DNA of 59,529 bases, filler included, from Candidatus Desantisbacteria bacterium CG1_02_49_89 (GTDB taxonomy: Bacteria; Desantisbacteria; UBA1551): assembly GCA_001871075.1 (NCBI GenBank). It is 6 parts of 6 records of this genome, joined end to end, with 100 filler letters (N's around TTAATTAATTAA, not from the genome) between each part and the next. Parts side by side here need not be neighbours in the genome. Positions count along the whole stretch, not along the records: positions 19,657 to 28,750 come from MNUP01000113.1; positions 28,851 to 41,327 come from MNUP01000017.1; 4 more parts are not named here. The stretch is one strand, 5' to 3'. Below, one piece after another: positions 28,488 through 38,250 of the stretch. Below the pieces are notes generated by a model, which saw only the letters and a program-made list of their open reading frames with translations, was not told the origin of the DNA and did not search any database. Position numbers and translations under genes: made by a program. Position 1 is the stretch's first letter. Every line of letters begins with the position of its first letter.

Positions 28488-28750
28488 CATTAATTCTTGA
28501 CAAATTGCAATATTTGTGGTATACTATCTCCTAAAGGAGGTAGTAACCATGAAGATAAAAAATCAAGTCAGGCTAAAGCCGAAAGAGCAGGAATTATTAA
28601 AACAGATTATCTGTAAGGGCAGCGGAAAAGCCAGAAAGATAACGCGCTGCCGGATATTATTGCTGGCTGATGAAGGAAAAACCGATCTGCAGATAATGGA
28701 ATCCTTGGATGTTGCCCGCAATACAGTTAAAACAGTCCGTTCCAGATATC
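28475..28750 (+). mobile_element. IS630-family insertion sequence, left end (truncated by contig end)
   Basis: Begins at the TA of CTAG; own promoter TTGACA(28497)-17-TATACT, AAGGAGG RBS and transposase N-terminus. Confidence 0.85.
28549..28750 (+). CDS. IS630-family transposase N-terminal HTH (partial)
   Basis: VRLKPKEQELLKQII...ARKITRCRILLLADEG.TD.QI..SL.V..NTV..VR.RY pattern. Confidence 0.85.
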
Positions 28751-28850
28751 NNNNNNNNNNNNNNNNNNNNNNNNNNNNNNNNNNNNNNNNNNNNTTAATT
28801 AATTAANNNNNNNNNNNNNNNNNNNNNNNNNNNNNNNNNNNNNNNNNNNN
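28751..28850. other. Artificial contig spacer
   Basis: N run containing TTAATTAATTAA. Confidence 0.99.
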
Positions 28851-29247
28851 AATATCCATTCAACCGGCATATGCTCAAACTATGGAGGGAATGAACGGAA
28901 TGGGCGGGGAGCCGGCAAATATTGAACCTATGCCTGAGACGGAAAAAGAATGGGTGCGGCAATCAATGGCATTTGCGGACATCCTGGGAATGCTGGACGC
29001 GTTTAAAGAGCCAGCAGGCGACATGAAAGATGCGGCTATGCCAGAAGACGGTTACGCCGCGGAAGAAGATTCATTCTGGGTTTCGGATTTTATGGATGAA
29101 ATGGGATCTGAAAAAGCTCTTAAAATGGAATCCATGAAGACGAAAGAAACGAAGGAGATGAAATCTGACGAGGAAATGATAATGGAGAAAGAAGAAGATT
29201 TGATGGAACCGGAGGATATGGGAGTAATGGGAGACGGGATGATGTAG
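28851..29247 (+). CDS. Met/Glu-rich low-complexity protein, probably secreted (5' truncated)
   Basis: Frame open from the contig start (ISIQPAYAQT, a likely AYA cleavage site); about 20 Met in the last 121 aa. Confidence 0.65.
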
Positions 29248-29272
29248 GGGCCTTAGCCCCGTTTGACGAACC

Positions 29273-29423
29273 TACTGAATATTGCATAATACCTTGACAG
29301 CTGTCTTTGCGAGCCCCGATGAATATCGGGGCGAAGCAATCTCGTTTTTAACGACGGGATTGCCACGGACTTTGCCCTCGCAATGACATTAAAAAGCGTC
29401 AACCAATTAAGCGAACATCAGTA
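29273..29423 (+). mobile_element. MITE family B (TA-flanked, about 26-bp imperfect TIRs)
   Basis: TACTGAATATTGCATAATACCTTGAC ... GTCAACCAATTAAGCGAACATCAGTA; inverted homolog at 37015-37204. Confidence 0.8.
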
Positions 29424-29442
29424 AAAGTTCTAATTCGCGTTT

Positions 29443-29679
29443 ATGCCGGAAGAGTTTTTATTCTTGTTCGGTCTATTTGTTTTTGCGGGTTGTGCGCCGA
29501 GACACTATATTAAGGTTCCGGACAATGTCCGGAAAGTATCGATTTGCGAAGTAATGGAGAACAGGCAAGATTATGTCAGGAAAGAGGTTATTTTAGAAGG
29601 GAAAGTCGTATCACTTTTTCCAGGATATTTTACGTTACAGTGCCTGCATAATTCTAATTTTAAAATAGACAAAATATAA
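29443..29679 (+). CDS. Small putative lipoprotein (OB-fold-like fragment)
   Basis: Hydrophobic stretch ending in lipobox FAGC; YVRKEVILEGKV resembles OB-fold proteins; may be truncated. Confidence 0.45.
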   Translation: MPEEFLFLFGLFVFAGCAPRHYIKVPDNVRKVSICEVMENRQDYVRKEVILEGKVVSLFPGYFTLQCLHNSNFKIDKI

Positions 29680-29697
29680 TGCGGGAAAAGGGATGGA

Positions 29698-32373
29698 ATG
29701 ACAGCCGATAAAGAACATTCAATGTCAGCGGAAGCGGTGCTTGAAGGCCTGAAGACCCGGGCCTCCGGCCTCACCGAAAAAGAGGCGGCAGACAGGCTGG
29801 CGGAGTTCGGACCCAATGAGCTGAAGGAAAAGAAAAAGGCGTCTTTGCTGAAGCTGTTCTTCTCCCAGTTCAACAATTTCTTTATCTATATCCTGATGGC
29901 CGCGGTAGCAATATCCATGCTGCTTGGCGAATGGCTTGACAGCATCGTGATACTGGTGATCCTCATCCTGAACGCGGTGCTGGGTTTCCTGCAGGAGTTC
30001 AGGGCCGAGAAATCCATAGAGGCGCTGAAAAAACTCTCAGGCCTGAAAGCCAGGGTTGTCAGGGACAATTCGGTTAAGGAGGTCCCTGCCGCAAGCCTTG
30101 TTCCCGGTGACCTGATCCTGGTTGAGGTCGGGGAAAAGATACCGGCTGACGCTAGGATTGTCAGCGGCATGAACCTTGAAGCCCAGGAATCCGCGCTCAC
30201 AGGTGAATCTCTGTCTGTTTCAAAGAACAGCGGGCCGCTCGCCGAGGACACTCCTATCGCTGACAGGAAGAACATGCTGTATTCCGGCACTATAATAACC
30301 GCGGGCCATGCCAGGGCGGTTGTGACAGGCACGGGCATGTCCACGCAGATAGGGAAGATAGCCGGGCTCATCCAGGGCATAGTGATAGAAACAACGCCTT
30401 TGCAGAAAAAATTACAATCCCTTGCGGGATGGCTTGGCTGGGCGATCATTTTCATATCCGCGTTTGTTTCTTTTACAGGGGTGCTGAAAGGCGGGAAACT
30501 GCTGGAGATGATAATTATCGGGGTCAGCCTTGCGGTTGCCGCGATACCCGAAGGCCTGCCAGCGGTTGTGACCATAAGCCTGGCAATAGGCGTGCAGAGG
30601 ATGATAAAGCGCCACGCGCTTGTCAGGCGCCTGCCGCTTGTGGAAACGCTTGGGTGCGCCACCGTGATATGCTCTGACAAGACCGGCACGCTTACCTGCA
30701 ACGAAATGACAGTCAAAAAAATATATTATAACGGCAGGACCATTGACGTGGCAGGGTCCGGGTACAGATCCGAGGGCGAATTCCTTGAGGGCGGAAAGAA
30801 GATCAGCCCAAAGGATCTTGAGCCGCTCCTGCTCGCGGGAGCGCTTAATAACAATTCGGTGCTTAAGGACGAAAAGCTCATAGGCGACCCCACTGAAGGC
30901 GCGCTTCTTGTCAGCGCGAGAAAAGCAGGCATAAACGACGCCGGCATGGCAGACCAGTATCCCAGGACAGGCGAAATAGGATTTGACAGCTCACGCAAGA
31001 TGATGACCACTATCCACGACAACGCGGGCCGCGGGTTTGCCGGGGCGAAAAAGCTTGTTTTTACAAAGGGCGCTGTTGAAATGGTCCTGGATAAATGCAA
31101 ATATATAACCGTGGACGGCAATGCCAGGGAAATGACGGAAGATGACTACGAAGAAATATTCAGGAAGAACCTGGAGCTGGCGGGTTCAGCCCTGCGGGTG
31201 CTGGCATTCGCCTATAAGAAATTGGATAAGGACGCGAAGGACCAGAATGAGATAGAAAAAGACCTGGTATTCATCGGCCTGCAGGCGATGATAGATCCTC
31301 CCCGCCCCGAGGTCCTGAACTCGATAAAGGAGTGCGGGGACGCCGGAATAAAGGTAGTGATGATAACCGGGGATTTTCTTGTTACAGCCCAGGCAATAGC
31401 AGGGGAGATCGGGCTGCAGGGCAAGGCTCTCACCGGGAAAGACCTGGACGCGGGCACAGATCTTGACGCGGTCGTTGAAGGCACTTCGATCTACGCGAGG
31501 GTGAACCCGGAGCACAAGATAAGGATAGTGGAGGCGCTTAAGAAAAAGGGGCACATAGTCGCGATGACAGGGGACGGGGTTAACGACGCGCCCGCACTTA
31601 AAAGGTCCGACATAGGCGTTGCGATGGGCCTGAGCGGCACAGACGTGGCAAGGGAAGCGTCCGGAATGATACTGACGGATGACAACTTTACCTCAATAGT
31701 GAACGCAGTTGAGGAAGGCAGGATAATATACGACAACATAAAGAAGTTCGTTAACTACCTGCTCTCCTGCAACCTGGGGGAAGTGCTTGTCCTGTTCATA
31801 GCCATGCTTATCGGGTTCAGGGATTTAAACGGCTCGATAATCGCGCCCCTTACCGCGATACAGATCCTGTGGATGAACCTTGTAACTGACGGACTGCCCG
31901 CGCTTGCCCTGGCAATGGACCCTTCGGAAAAAGGCATAATGAAGCGCCCGCCCAGAAAACCGGATGAAAGTATCGTGTCAGGCAACATGGTCATGAATAT
32001 CATTGCGATAGGGGCGCTTGTGTGCGCCGGCGTCCTGTTCCTGTTCAACAAGGGGCTGGGATCCTCAGGCGTTGAAGAGGCAAGGACAATGGCGTTCACC
32101 GCGATAGTGGTTTTTGAGATAGTCAGGATAGCCATGATACGCTCGCAGTACAAGACCGGCCTGTTCTCGAACGTGTACCTGGTCCTTGCCGTGGCAAGCT
32201 CCGTGATACTGCAGTTCCTGGTTGTTTACGTCCCTGTCCTGAACAGGATCTTCAAAACCGTGCCGCTCAACCTGAACGAGTGGCTGTGGATAGCGGGCAC
32301 AGGGGCGGTCCTTTACGCCGCGGGCAGCGCCGCCTCCGTTTTGATCAGAAAAGTGACATCAGAACGCGACTAA
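29698..32373 (+). CDS. P2A-type cation (Ca2+) transporting P-type ATPase
   Basis: TGES, AIPEGLP, DKTGTLT, KGAVE, DPPR, MITGD, TGDGVNDAPAL, ILWMNLVTDGLP. Confidence 0.95.
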   Translation: MTADKEHSMSAEAVLEGLKTRASGLTEKEAADRLAEFGPNELKEKKKASLLKLFFSQFNNFFIYILMAAVAISMLLGEWLDSIVILVILILNAVLGFLQEFRAEKSIEALKKLSGLKARVVRDNSVKEVPAASLVPGDLILVEVGEKIPADARIVSGMNLEAQESALTGESLSVSKNSGPLAEDTPIADRKNMLYSGTIITAGHARAVVTGTGMSTQIGKIAGLIQGIVIETTPLQKKLQSLAGWLGWAIIFISAFVSFTGVLKGGKLLEMIIIGVSLAVAAIPEGLPAVVTISLAIGVQRMIKRHALVRRLPLVETLGCATVICSDKTGTLTCNEMTVKKIYYNGRTIDVAGSGYRSEGEFLEGGKKISPKDLEPLLLAGALNNNSVLKDEKLIGDPTEGALLVSARKAGINDAGMADQYPRTGEIGFDSSRKMMTTIHDNAGRGFAGAKKLVFTKGAVEMVLDKCKYITVDGNAREMTEDDYEEIFRKNLELAGSALRVLAFAYKKLDKDAKDQNEIEKDLVFIGLQAMIDPPRPEVLNSIKECGDAGIKVVMITGDFLVTAQAIAGEIGLQGKALTGKDLDAGTDLDAVVEGTSIYARVNPEHKIRIVEALKKKGHIVAMTGDGVNDAPALKRSDIGVAMGLSGTDVAREASGMILTDDNFTSIVNAVEEGRIIYDNIKKFVNYLLSCNLGEVLVLFIAMLIGFRDLNGSIIAPLTAIQILWMNLVTDGLPALALAMDPSEKGIMKRPPRKPDESIVSGNMVMNIIAIGALVCAGVLFLFNKGLGSSGVEEARTMAFTAIVVFEIVRIAMIRSQYKTGLFSNVYLVLAVASSVILQFLVVYVPVLNRIFKTVPLNLNEWLWIAGTGAVLYAAGSAASVLIRKVTSERD

Positions 32374-32540
32374 CTGTAGTCATTAGTTTAAAAGCGTGTC
32401 AACGTGTCAACGTATCAACGTGTCAGAGCAAAAGCAAGGAATTTTATCGTAACTCAGGGCTTTAGCCCTGATATTTTAATCCGTGGATATCCGTGGCTGA
32501 CATTTTGTGTTTTCGCAGTGGATCGCAGGAGCCGAAAAAA

Positions 32541-33665
32541 ATGAAAAAAGCGATTTTGTTTTTTTTGTTGTTTGCCTTACACGTTACACCTTACACGTTA
32601 CACGTTGTCCACGCCCAGGAAGCGGGCTTGCAGAAGCAGGAGCTGGGCAAGACCCACCCGCGCGAGGCGATGTATTACCGGAGGCTTGCCGAAGGCAGCG
32701 TCCAGTGCCAGCTGTGCCCGAGGAACTGCCCTATCCCTCCCGGAGGCACGGGATTCTGCAGGGTCAGGGAGAACGTAAAGGGGACGCTTTACACAAACGC
32801 GTTCTCAAATCCCACCGCGGTGCACATAGACCCGATTGAGAAAAAACCTTTCTTCCATTTCCTGCCCGCGACAGCCTCGTTTTCCATAGCGACAGCCGGC
32901 TGCAACCTGCGCTGCTTATTCTGCCAGAACTGGGAGATATCCCAGAAGAGCCCGAAGGAAACTTATAATTTCTTTCTCACGCCTGAAGCCGCGGCAGGCC
33001 TTGCGAAAAAAGCGGAGTGCGCGTCAGTTGCATACACTTACAGCGAGCCGACGAATTTTTACGAGTACATGCTTGCGTGCGCGATAGAAGTTAAAAAATT
33101 GGGGCTGAAAAACGTCTATCACTCCTGTGGATACATAAACGAGAAACCGCTGAAAGAACTCGTAAAATATCTGGACGCGGCGAACATAGACCTTAAGGGC
33201 TTTTCCGAGGATTATTACAAAGAAATGTCCTCAGCGTCCCTCGCGCCCGTGCTCGAAACCCTGAAGGCGCTTAAGAAGAACGGGGTCTGGGTGGAGATCA
33301 CAAACCTTGTCATTCCCACGAAGAACGATGATCCGGAAATGATCAAGGAGATGTGCGCCTGGGTGGTGAAGAACCTGGGCCCGGACGTTCCCATACACTT
33401 CTCAAGGTTCTACCCGCAGTACCAGCTCAAGAACCTTCCGCCTACCCCGGTTGAAGCCCTTGAAAAAGCCGTGGAGATCGCGAGATCGCAGGGAGTGCTT
33501 TACTGCTATATCGGCAACGTGCCGGGGCATCCGGCTGAGGACTCGTACTGCCACAACTGCGGGAAGCTGCTCATAGACCGGTTCGGATACCAGATAAGCG
33601 CGAACAACATAGTGAACGGCAGGTGCAAGTACTGCAAAGCCCAGATCCCCGGGGTTTGGAAGTAG
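32541..33665 (+). CDS. amrS: AmmeMemoRadiSam system radical SAM enzyme with N-terminal signal peptide
   Basis: VQCQLCPRNC, IDPIEKKPFFHF, GCNLRCLFCQNWEISQ (CxxxCxxC), AYTYSEP, YIGNVPG...CHNC. Start ATG 32541 after GCAGGAG. Confidence 0.9.
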   Translation: MKKAILFFLLFALHVTPYTLHVVHAQEAGLQKQELGKTHPREAMYYRRLAEGSVQCQLCPRNCPIPPGGTGFCRVRENVKGTLYTNAFSNPTAVHIDPIEKKPFFHFLPATASFSIATAGCNLRCLFCQNWEISQKSPKETYNFFLTPEAAAGLAKKAECASVAYTYSEPTNFYEYMLACAIEVKKLGLKNVYHSCGYINEKPLKELVKYLDAANIDLKGFSEDYYKEMSSASLAPVLETLKALKKNGVWVEITNLVIPTKNDDPEMIKEMCAWVVKNLGPDVPIHFSRFYPQYQLKNLPPTPVEALEKAVEIARSQGVLYCYIGNVPGHPAEDSYCHNCGKLLIDRFGYQISANNIVNGRCKYCKAQIPGVWK

Positions 33666-33773
33666 CATAAAAGCCAAATTCAGTTTACATAGTTTATACA
33701 GTTTACAAAGTTTACAGAGTTTTAATCCGTGCTAATCCGTGAGAATCCGTGGTTAAAAGGTAGTTATGCATCA

Positions 33774-34421
33774 ATGAAAAGCGAACTCGGAAAATTATTC
33801 CTGACAGGTCTAACAATGGGGTGGGGGCCGTGCATGGGCGTGTGCCTGCCGGTTATCCTGCCTTATATCGCGGGCGCTGAAAAGGGATGGAAAAAAGGTT
33901 TTCTGGCAAGCCTCGCGTTCTCAGTTTCCAGGTTTACCGCCTACGTTATCCTGGGATTTCTCGCGGGTTTTGCCGCGAAAATGCTTTTAAGGGGATTTTA
34001 CCAGCATAACATAGGTCTTTATATCAATAAGGTCGGCGCGGCAATAATTATCCTGTTCGGCGTATTGATAATCCTTGGAAAAAATTTCCAATCACCGTTC
34101 TGCAGGATCTTACGGGAGCATACGATCGAAAAGGGGATGAGGGGCACGATAATCCTGGGATTTCTCACAGGCCTTTCTCCCTGCGCCCCGCTTATGGGCG
34201 CGCTCGCGATGATAATACTTGAGGCGAAAAACGGCTTGCAGGGTATGGCTTTTGGCGCGGCTTTCGGGCTTGGAACAATGCTTTCTCCGGTCTTGCTGTT
34301 CGGGACACTCGCTGGCGGCGCGTCTTCTTACCTGCTGAAATTTAAAAGGGCGTCGGATATAGCGGGGCGGGCATGCGGAGCGCTCCTGGCGCTGTGGGGC
34401 GTTTTGATCCTTCTGCGATAG
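33774..34421 (+). CDS. DsbD_2/TauE-SafE (CcdA-like) membrane protein
   Basis: GPCMGVC and LSPCAPL Cys motifs, about 6 TM. Confidence 0.8.
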   Translation: MKSELGKLFLTGLTMGWGPCMGVCLPVILPYIAGAEKGWKKGFLASLAFSVSRFTAYVILGFLAGFAAKMLLRGFYQHNIGLYINKVGAAIIILFGVLIILGKNFQSPFCRILREHTIEKGMRGTIILGFLTGLSPCAPLMGALAMIILEAKNGLQGMAFGAAFGLGTMLSPVLLFGTLAGGASSYLLKFKRASDIAGRACGALLALWGVLILLR

Positions 34422-34617
34422 TAGTCATGGGCCATGTGTAAAATCAATTATGAATTATGAGTTATGAATTATGAGTCAAAAGCAAGGTTTCTATTTTAAA
34501 TAACAAAAATCCTTCATTTTTAATTTTACATTTTTAATTTTTAATTGAGTTCTCCGTGCCTCCGTGATTAATTAGTTGTAATTCGTGGGAATCCGTGGAA
34601 ATTCGTGGTTAAAAGGT

Positions 34618-36954
34618 ATGTTACCGATAATCTTTTTCGTCCTGGGAGCGGTTTCAGCGCTGGTGCAGTCCGTTACCATCAGGGAATTCCTTAACGTCTT
34701 TTACGGTAACGAACTTGTGCTGGGCGCTGTGCTGGGCATCTGGCTCTTGTGGGTGGCTGCCGGATCTTTTACTGGAGCGTACCTGGTGAAAAAGATCAAA
34801 GGGCTGTACAGGTTCTTCATAACCCTGGTGACAGTGGGCGCGTTCTTCCCGCTTGTCCAGCTTTTTCTTATCAGGACAGCCAGGTCAGTGCTCGGCGTCC
34901 CGTCGGGCCAGTATATCCCGTTCTTCACAACCGTCCTGTATTCCGCCGCGGTAATGTTCCCTTTCTGTTTCCTGGCAGGCATAGCTTTTCCGCTTGGCGC
35001 CAGGATATACTGCGCGAAGGAAGAATATGAGAACACGGCTGAGGAGATCTCGAAGCTTTACGTGTCCGAATCCCTGGGTTTCCTTGCCGGCGGCGCCGGT
35101 TTTACTTTTTATTTCGCCCTTCATTACCAGGCGTACCTCCTGCTTTCAGCTGCATTCGCCTGTGTCCTGGCTTCAGTCTGGTTCCTGGCAATGAAAAGGA
35201 TAAAATTCGCCTCAAAGCCGGCAGGCGTGGTATTCGCGCTCGCGTGCCTGGGCCTGTCAATTTATTCCCTGGTCGCGTCCGGCGCCCTTGAAAAAGAAAC
35301 CGTGCGCAGGCGCTGGGAATCGCTTAACAGGAGGATAGAGCTTGTCGAGACGGCTGACACGAAATACCAGAACATAGCCGTGGGGAAATTCCTCGGGCAG
35401 TACAGCATGTTCGGCAACGGCAACCTGCTTTTTTCCTTCCCGGATGAATACGAGGACGCGCCGCTCGCGAACTACGTTCTTTTCCAGCACCCGAACCCCA
35501 GAAGCGTGCTTGTCATCGGCGAGGTGCCTGCGGGGGTCCTGGGGTTCATGCTGCTTCACCCGGATATTTCGGTTGACTGCGTTTTTCTGGACAGCAAACT
35601 AATGCAGGCGATGGGCCGCTACGCGGGCGAGGTCCCTGGCATAAAGGACAATAACAGATTGAAATATATCCACGAGGACGGCAGGCATTACGTGAAAGGC
35701 TGTTCCCGCAAATATGACGTGGTTTTTCTGGCTCTTCCGCAACCCTCTACGGCCATGGTTAACAGGTATTACACGCGGGAATTTTTCAGGGAAGCCGCGG
35801 GGATACTCGAGAAGGGCGGGGTATTCGCCTGCTTCGGCGCCAGCACAGCGGACGCGATAACCTGGCAGGTCGGCAACTATTTCAGCTCCGCGTACAGGAC
35901 GCTTTCAAGCGTGTTCGCGGACGTTAAGGTGAGCACGGGATACTCGAATTACTTTTTCTGCGCGCAGGAAACCGGGGTCGTGACCGATGATTATAAGGTC
36001 CTGCAGGAAAGATACTGGTCAAAAAACGTAAGGATGCCGTTCTTTTCAGAAGAGCATTTCCCGTATTTCTTCCCGCCGGACAGGGTGCGGTATATAAACG
36101 ATTTCCTGAAAGAATGGCGCTGGTCCAGGGTAAACACGGACCTCAAGCCTGTTTCGTATTTCTATTCCCTGCTTGAGTGGGACGCGTATTCGGGTTCACG
36201 CATGGGCCCTTTATTGAGAAGGCTCGGGGAATGGTTCAGGGTCGGATGGGCGGTTATGCTCCTGGGCCTTTTCCTTGCCATGCGGTATTTTACCATCCTG
36301 GTACGCAGGAGAACGCCGGCGCAGCAGCAGAGGTTCAGCGCCCTTTTCGCTATATTCGCCTGCGGCTTCGCCGCGATGGGACTGGAGATCATGCTTATAT
36401 TTTTGTTCCAGAACCTTTACGGATACCTTTACCAGATGATAGGTTTCATCACCGCGGTGTTCATGTGCGGGCTTGCCGCGGGAGGGTGGGTCGCGCTCAG
36501 ATCCCTGAAGAAAAACGGGGAAGCGAACCGGCGCAGGCTTGTTTTCGCGTGCTGCGGCATGGCTCTTTTCCCCCTGCTGATCCCGTTTCTGTCATGGATT
36601 TTCGCGTCAGCCGCTTTTTCAAAAATGCCCCAGGGTTTGTCACAGTTCTTTTTCATGGTCCCGGTCTTCCTTATCGGGTTCATCGCGGGCTTTGAATTCC
36701 CGCACGCGTCGTCGGTTTACGGCTCCACGGCGATCGGCAGCGGGAAAACAGCTGGGATGGTCGGCTGGGCGGATAATTTCGGAGGGTTCCTTGGCGCGGC
36801 GCTTTGCGGCACGTTATTGATCCCGGTGCTGGGCATCACCGGCGCCTGCCTGGTTATTTCTCTGTGCAGTATTGCCGCGGTCATCCTGCTTGTTTTCCAG
36901 GTTAAAACGAAAAAGATCGAAGTTATGGTTGTAAATAAAGATCCTGGATCCTAG
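34618..36954 (+). CDS. Multi-TM spermidine-synthase-like protein (MFS-like/SAM-binding fusion)
   Basis: N-terminal TMs (REFLNVFYGNEL), TKYQNIAV, HPNPRSVLVIG, EDGR, NRYYTREFF, NTDLKP, C-terminal TMs (FQNLYGYLY). Confidence 0.82.
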   Translation: MLPIIFFVLGAVSALVQSVTIREFLNVFYGNELVLGAVLGIWLLWVAAGSFTGAYLVKKIKGLYRFFITLVTVGAFFPLVQLFLIRTARSVLGVPSGQYIPFFTTVLYSAAVMFPFCFLAGIAFPLGARIYCAKEEYENTAEEISKLYVSESLGFLAGGAGFTFYFALHYQAYLLLSAAFACVLASVWFLAMKRIKFASKPAGVVFALACLGLSIYSLVASGALEKETVRRRWESLNRRIELVETADTKYQNIAVGKFLGQYSMFGNGNLLFSFPDEYEDAPLANYVLFQHPNPRSVLVIGEVPAGVLGFMLLHPDISVDCVFLDSKLMQAMGRYAGEVPGIKDNNRLKYIHEDGRHYVKGCSRKYDVVFLALPQPSTAMVNRYYTREFFREAAGILEKGGVFACFGASTADAITWQVGNYFSSAYRTLSSVFADVKVSTGYSNYFFCAQETGVVTDDYKVLQERYWSKNVRMPFFSEEHFPYFFPPDRVRYINDFLKEWRWSRVNTDLKPVSYFYSLLEWDAYSGSRMGPLLRRLGEWFRVGWAVMLLGLFLAMRYFTILVRRRTPAQQQRFSALFAIFACGFAAMGLEIMLIFLFQNLYGYLYQMIGFITAVFMCGLAAGGWVALRSLKKNGEANRRRLVFACCGMALFPLLIPFLSWIFASAAFSKMPQGLSQFFFMVPVFLIGFIAGFEFPHASSVYGSTAIGSGKTAGMVGWADNFGGFLGAALCGTLLIPVLGITGACLVISLCSIAAVILLVFQVKTKKIEVMVVNKDPGS

Positions 36955-37014
36955 ATGTTAGATCCTAGATCAAAGATTTTTAAAGATAGATCCTGGATGC
37001 TGGATATTAGATCC

Positions 37015-37204
37015 TACTGATATTCGCTTAATTGGTTGACGGTTTTTGATGTCATTGCGAAGGCGAAGCCTGTGGCAATCCCGTCGTTAAAAACGAGATT
37101 GTTTCGCTTGCCCGCCACGCTTGCCCGCCACGCTTTGCTCGTGGTTTCAGCTCGCGGCTTCGGCTCGCAAAGACAACTGTCAAGGTATTATGCGATTATC
37201 AGTA
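37015..37204 (-). mobile_element. MITE family B with self-nested internal hairpin
   Basis: TACTGATATTCGCTTAATTGGTTGAC ... GTCAAGGTATTATGCGATTATCAGTA, inserted at C-TA-G beside a GATCCTR heptamer array. Confidence 0.8.
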
Positions 37205-37280
37205 GATTAAGGACTTATTTAAATAAACTCCCTCATCCAGGATCAAGGATCCAGGATCCAGCATCTGTATTTAAAAACGA

Positions 37281-37309
37281 TTGACTTTTGTCTTTAAATA
37301 TGATATAAT
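37281..37309 (+). promoter_or_regulatory. Sigma70 promoter for the bioY operon
   Basis: TTGACT-17-TATAAT with extended TG. Confidence 0.7.
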
Positions 37310-37431
37310 ATAGCATCAAACTTAATAGAGTATGTTATGTGGTATTTTAGTTGTTTCAGTTTTTACGATGCACGAAGAACAGCTTGCCCGCCAATCTTGC
37401 TGGGCGGGACGCACGACTTAATGGAGGCCAC

Positions 37432-38043
37432 ATGACCGAGAGAATAATGGATCTGCGCTATGAAGCTTTCGCGTGGAGAGAAAGCAGGGGGATCGCCGGA
37501 AAACTTATGCTGAGCGTTTGTTTCGCCGGGATAACCGGCCTTCTCGCGGGAATACGTATCCCGCTTCCTTTCACGCCTGTGCCGATAACAGGCCAGGTGC
37601 TGGGTGTATTTCTGGGAAGTATATTCCTGGGAAGGAAATACGGCGGTATCAGCCAGATATTTTACGTTTTCCTTGGGCTGTGCGGCATACCGTGGTTTGC
37701 CGGGTGGAAAGCGGTATCGTTCTACCAGTTCCTGTCAAGCCCCACCGCGGGCTATCTTGTCGGGTTCGTGTTCGCGGGTTTTTATCTGGGGGATATAGCG
37801 GATAGGAAAGTAGGTAACCGTTTTTTCCCGCGGCAGATCCTGGCAATGCTGAGCGCCACGCTCATATACTATGCCTGCGGGACCGTGCACCTCGCGCTTT
37901 TAATGAAGCTGGATTTGCAACAGGCGCTCGCGATGGGTGTGCTGCCTTTTATAGCGGTTGATCTTGTTAAGGCGGTCATCGCGGCATCGGTTTCATCAGC
38001 GCTCCTGCCTAAAAAATCATTCACCACCGAATCCGACCGCTGA
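37432..38043 (+). CDS. bioY: Biotin ECF transporter S component
   Basis: IPLPFTPVPITGQ, GIPWFAG, PTAGYLVGF, GVLPFIAVDLVK. Start ATG 37432 after GGAGG. Confidence 0.93.
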   Translation: MTERIMDLRYEAFAWRESRGIAGKLMLSVCFAGITGLLAGIRIPLPFTPVPITGQVLGVFLGSIFLGRKYGGISQIFYVFLGLCGIPWFAGWKAVSFYQFLSSPTAGYLVGFVFAGFYLGDIADRKVGNRFFPRQILAMLSATLIYYACGTVHLALLMKLDLQQALAMGVLPFIAVDLVKAVIAASVSSALLPKKSFTTESDR

Positions 38044-38250
38044 AATCCAAAAGATTTCCACGAAATCCGCGCCTACGCCAAGGCTTCGGCGGGCAGGCAC
38101 GAAAGTATCACGAAAACACGAAAGAAATCACCACTGAGGCACTGAGGCACGGAGAAGTACTTTTGGCTGAAAGCTTGACTCTTGATACTTAAAATAATCA
38201 CTGTAATCATCAGTTAAAATCACCGTAATCATTTTTGAAAGGAGTTAAAA

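Noticed and set aside
37310-37431. BirA operator upstream of bioY
   Set aside because: No TGTAAACC-N14/15-GGTTTACA-like palindrome is visible.
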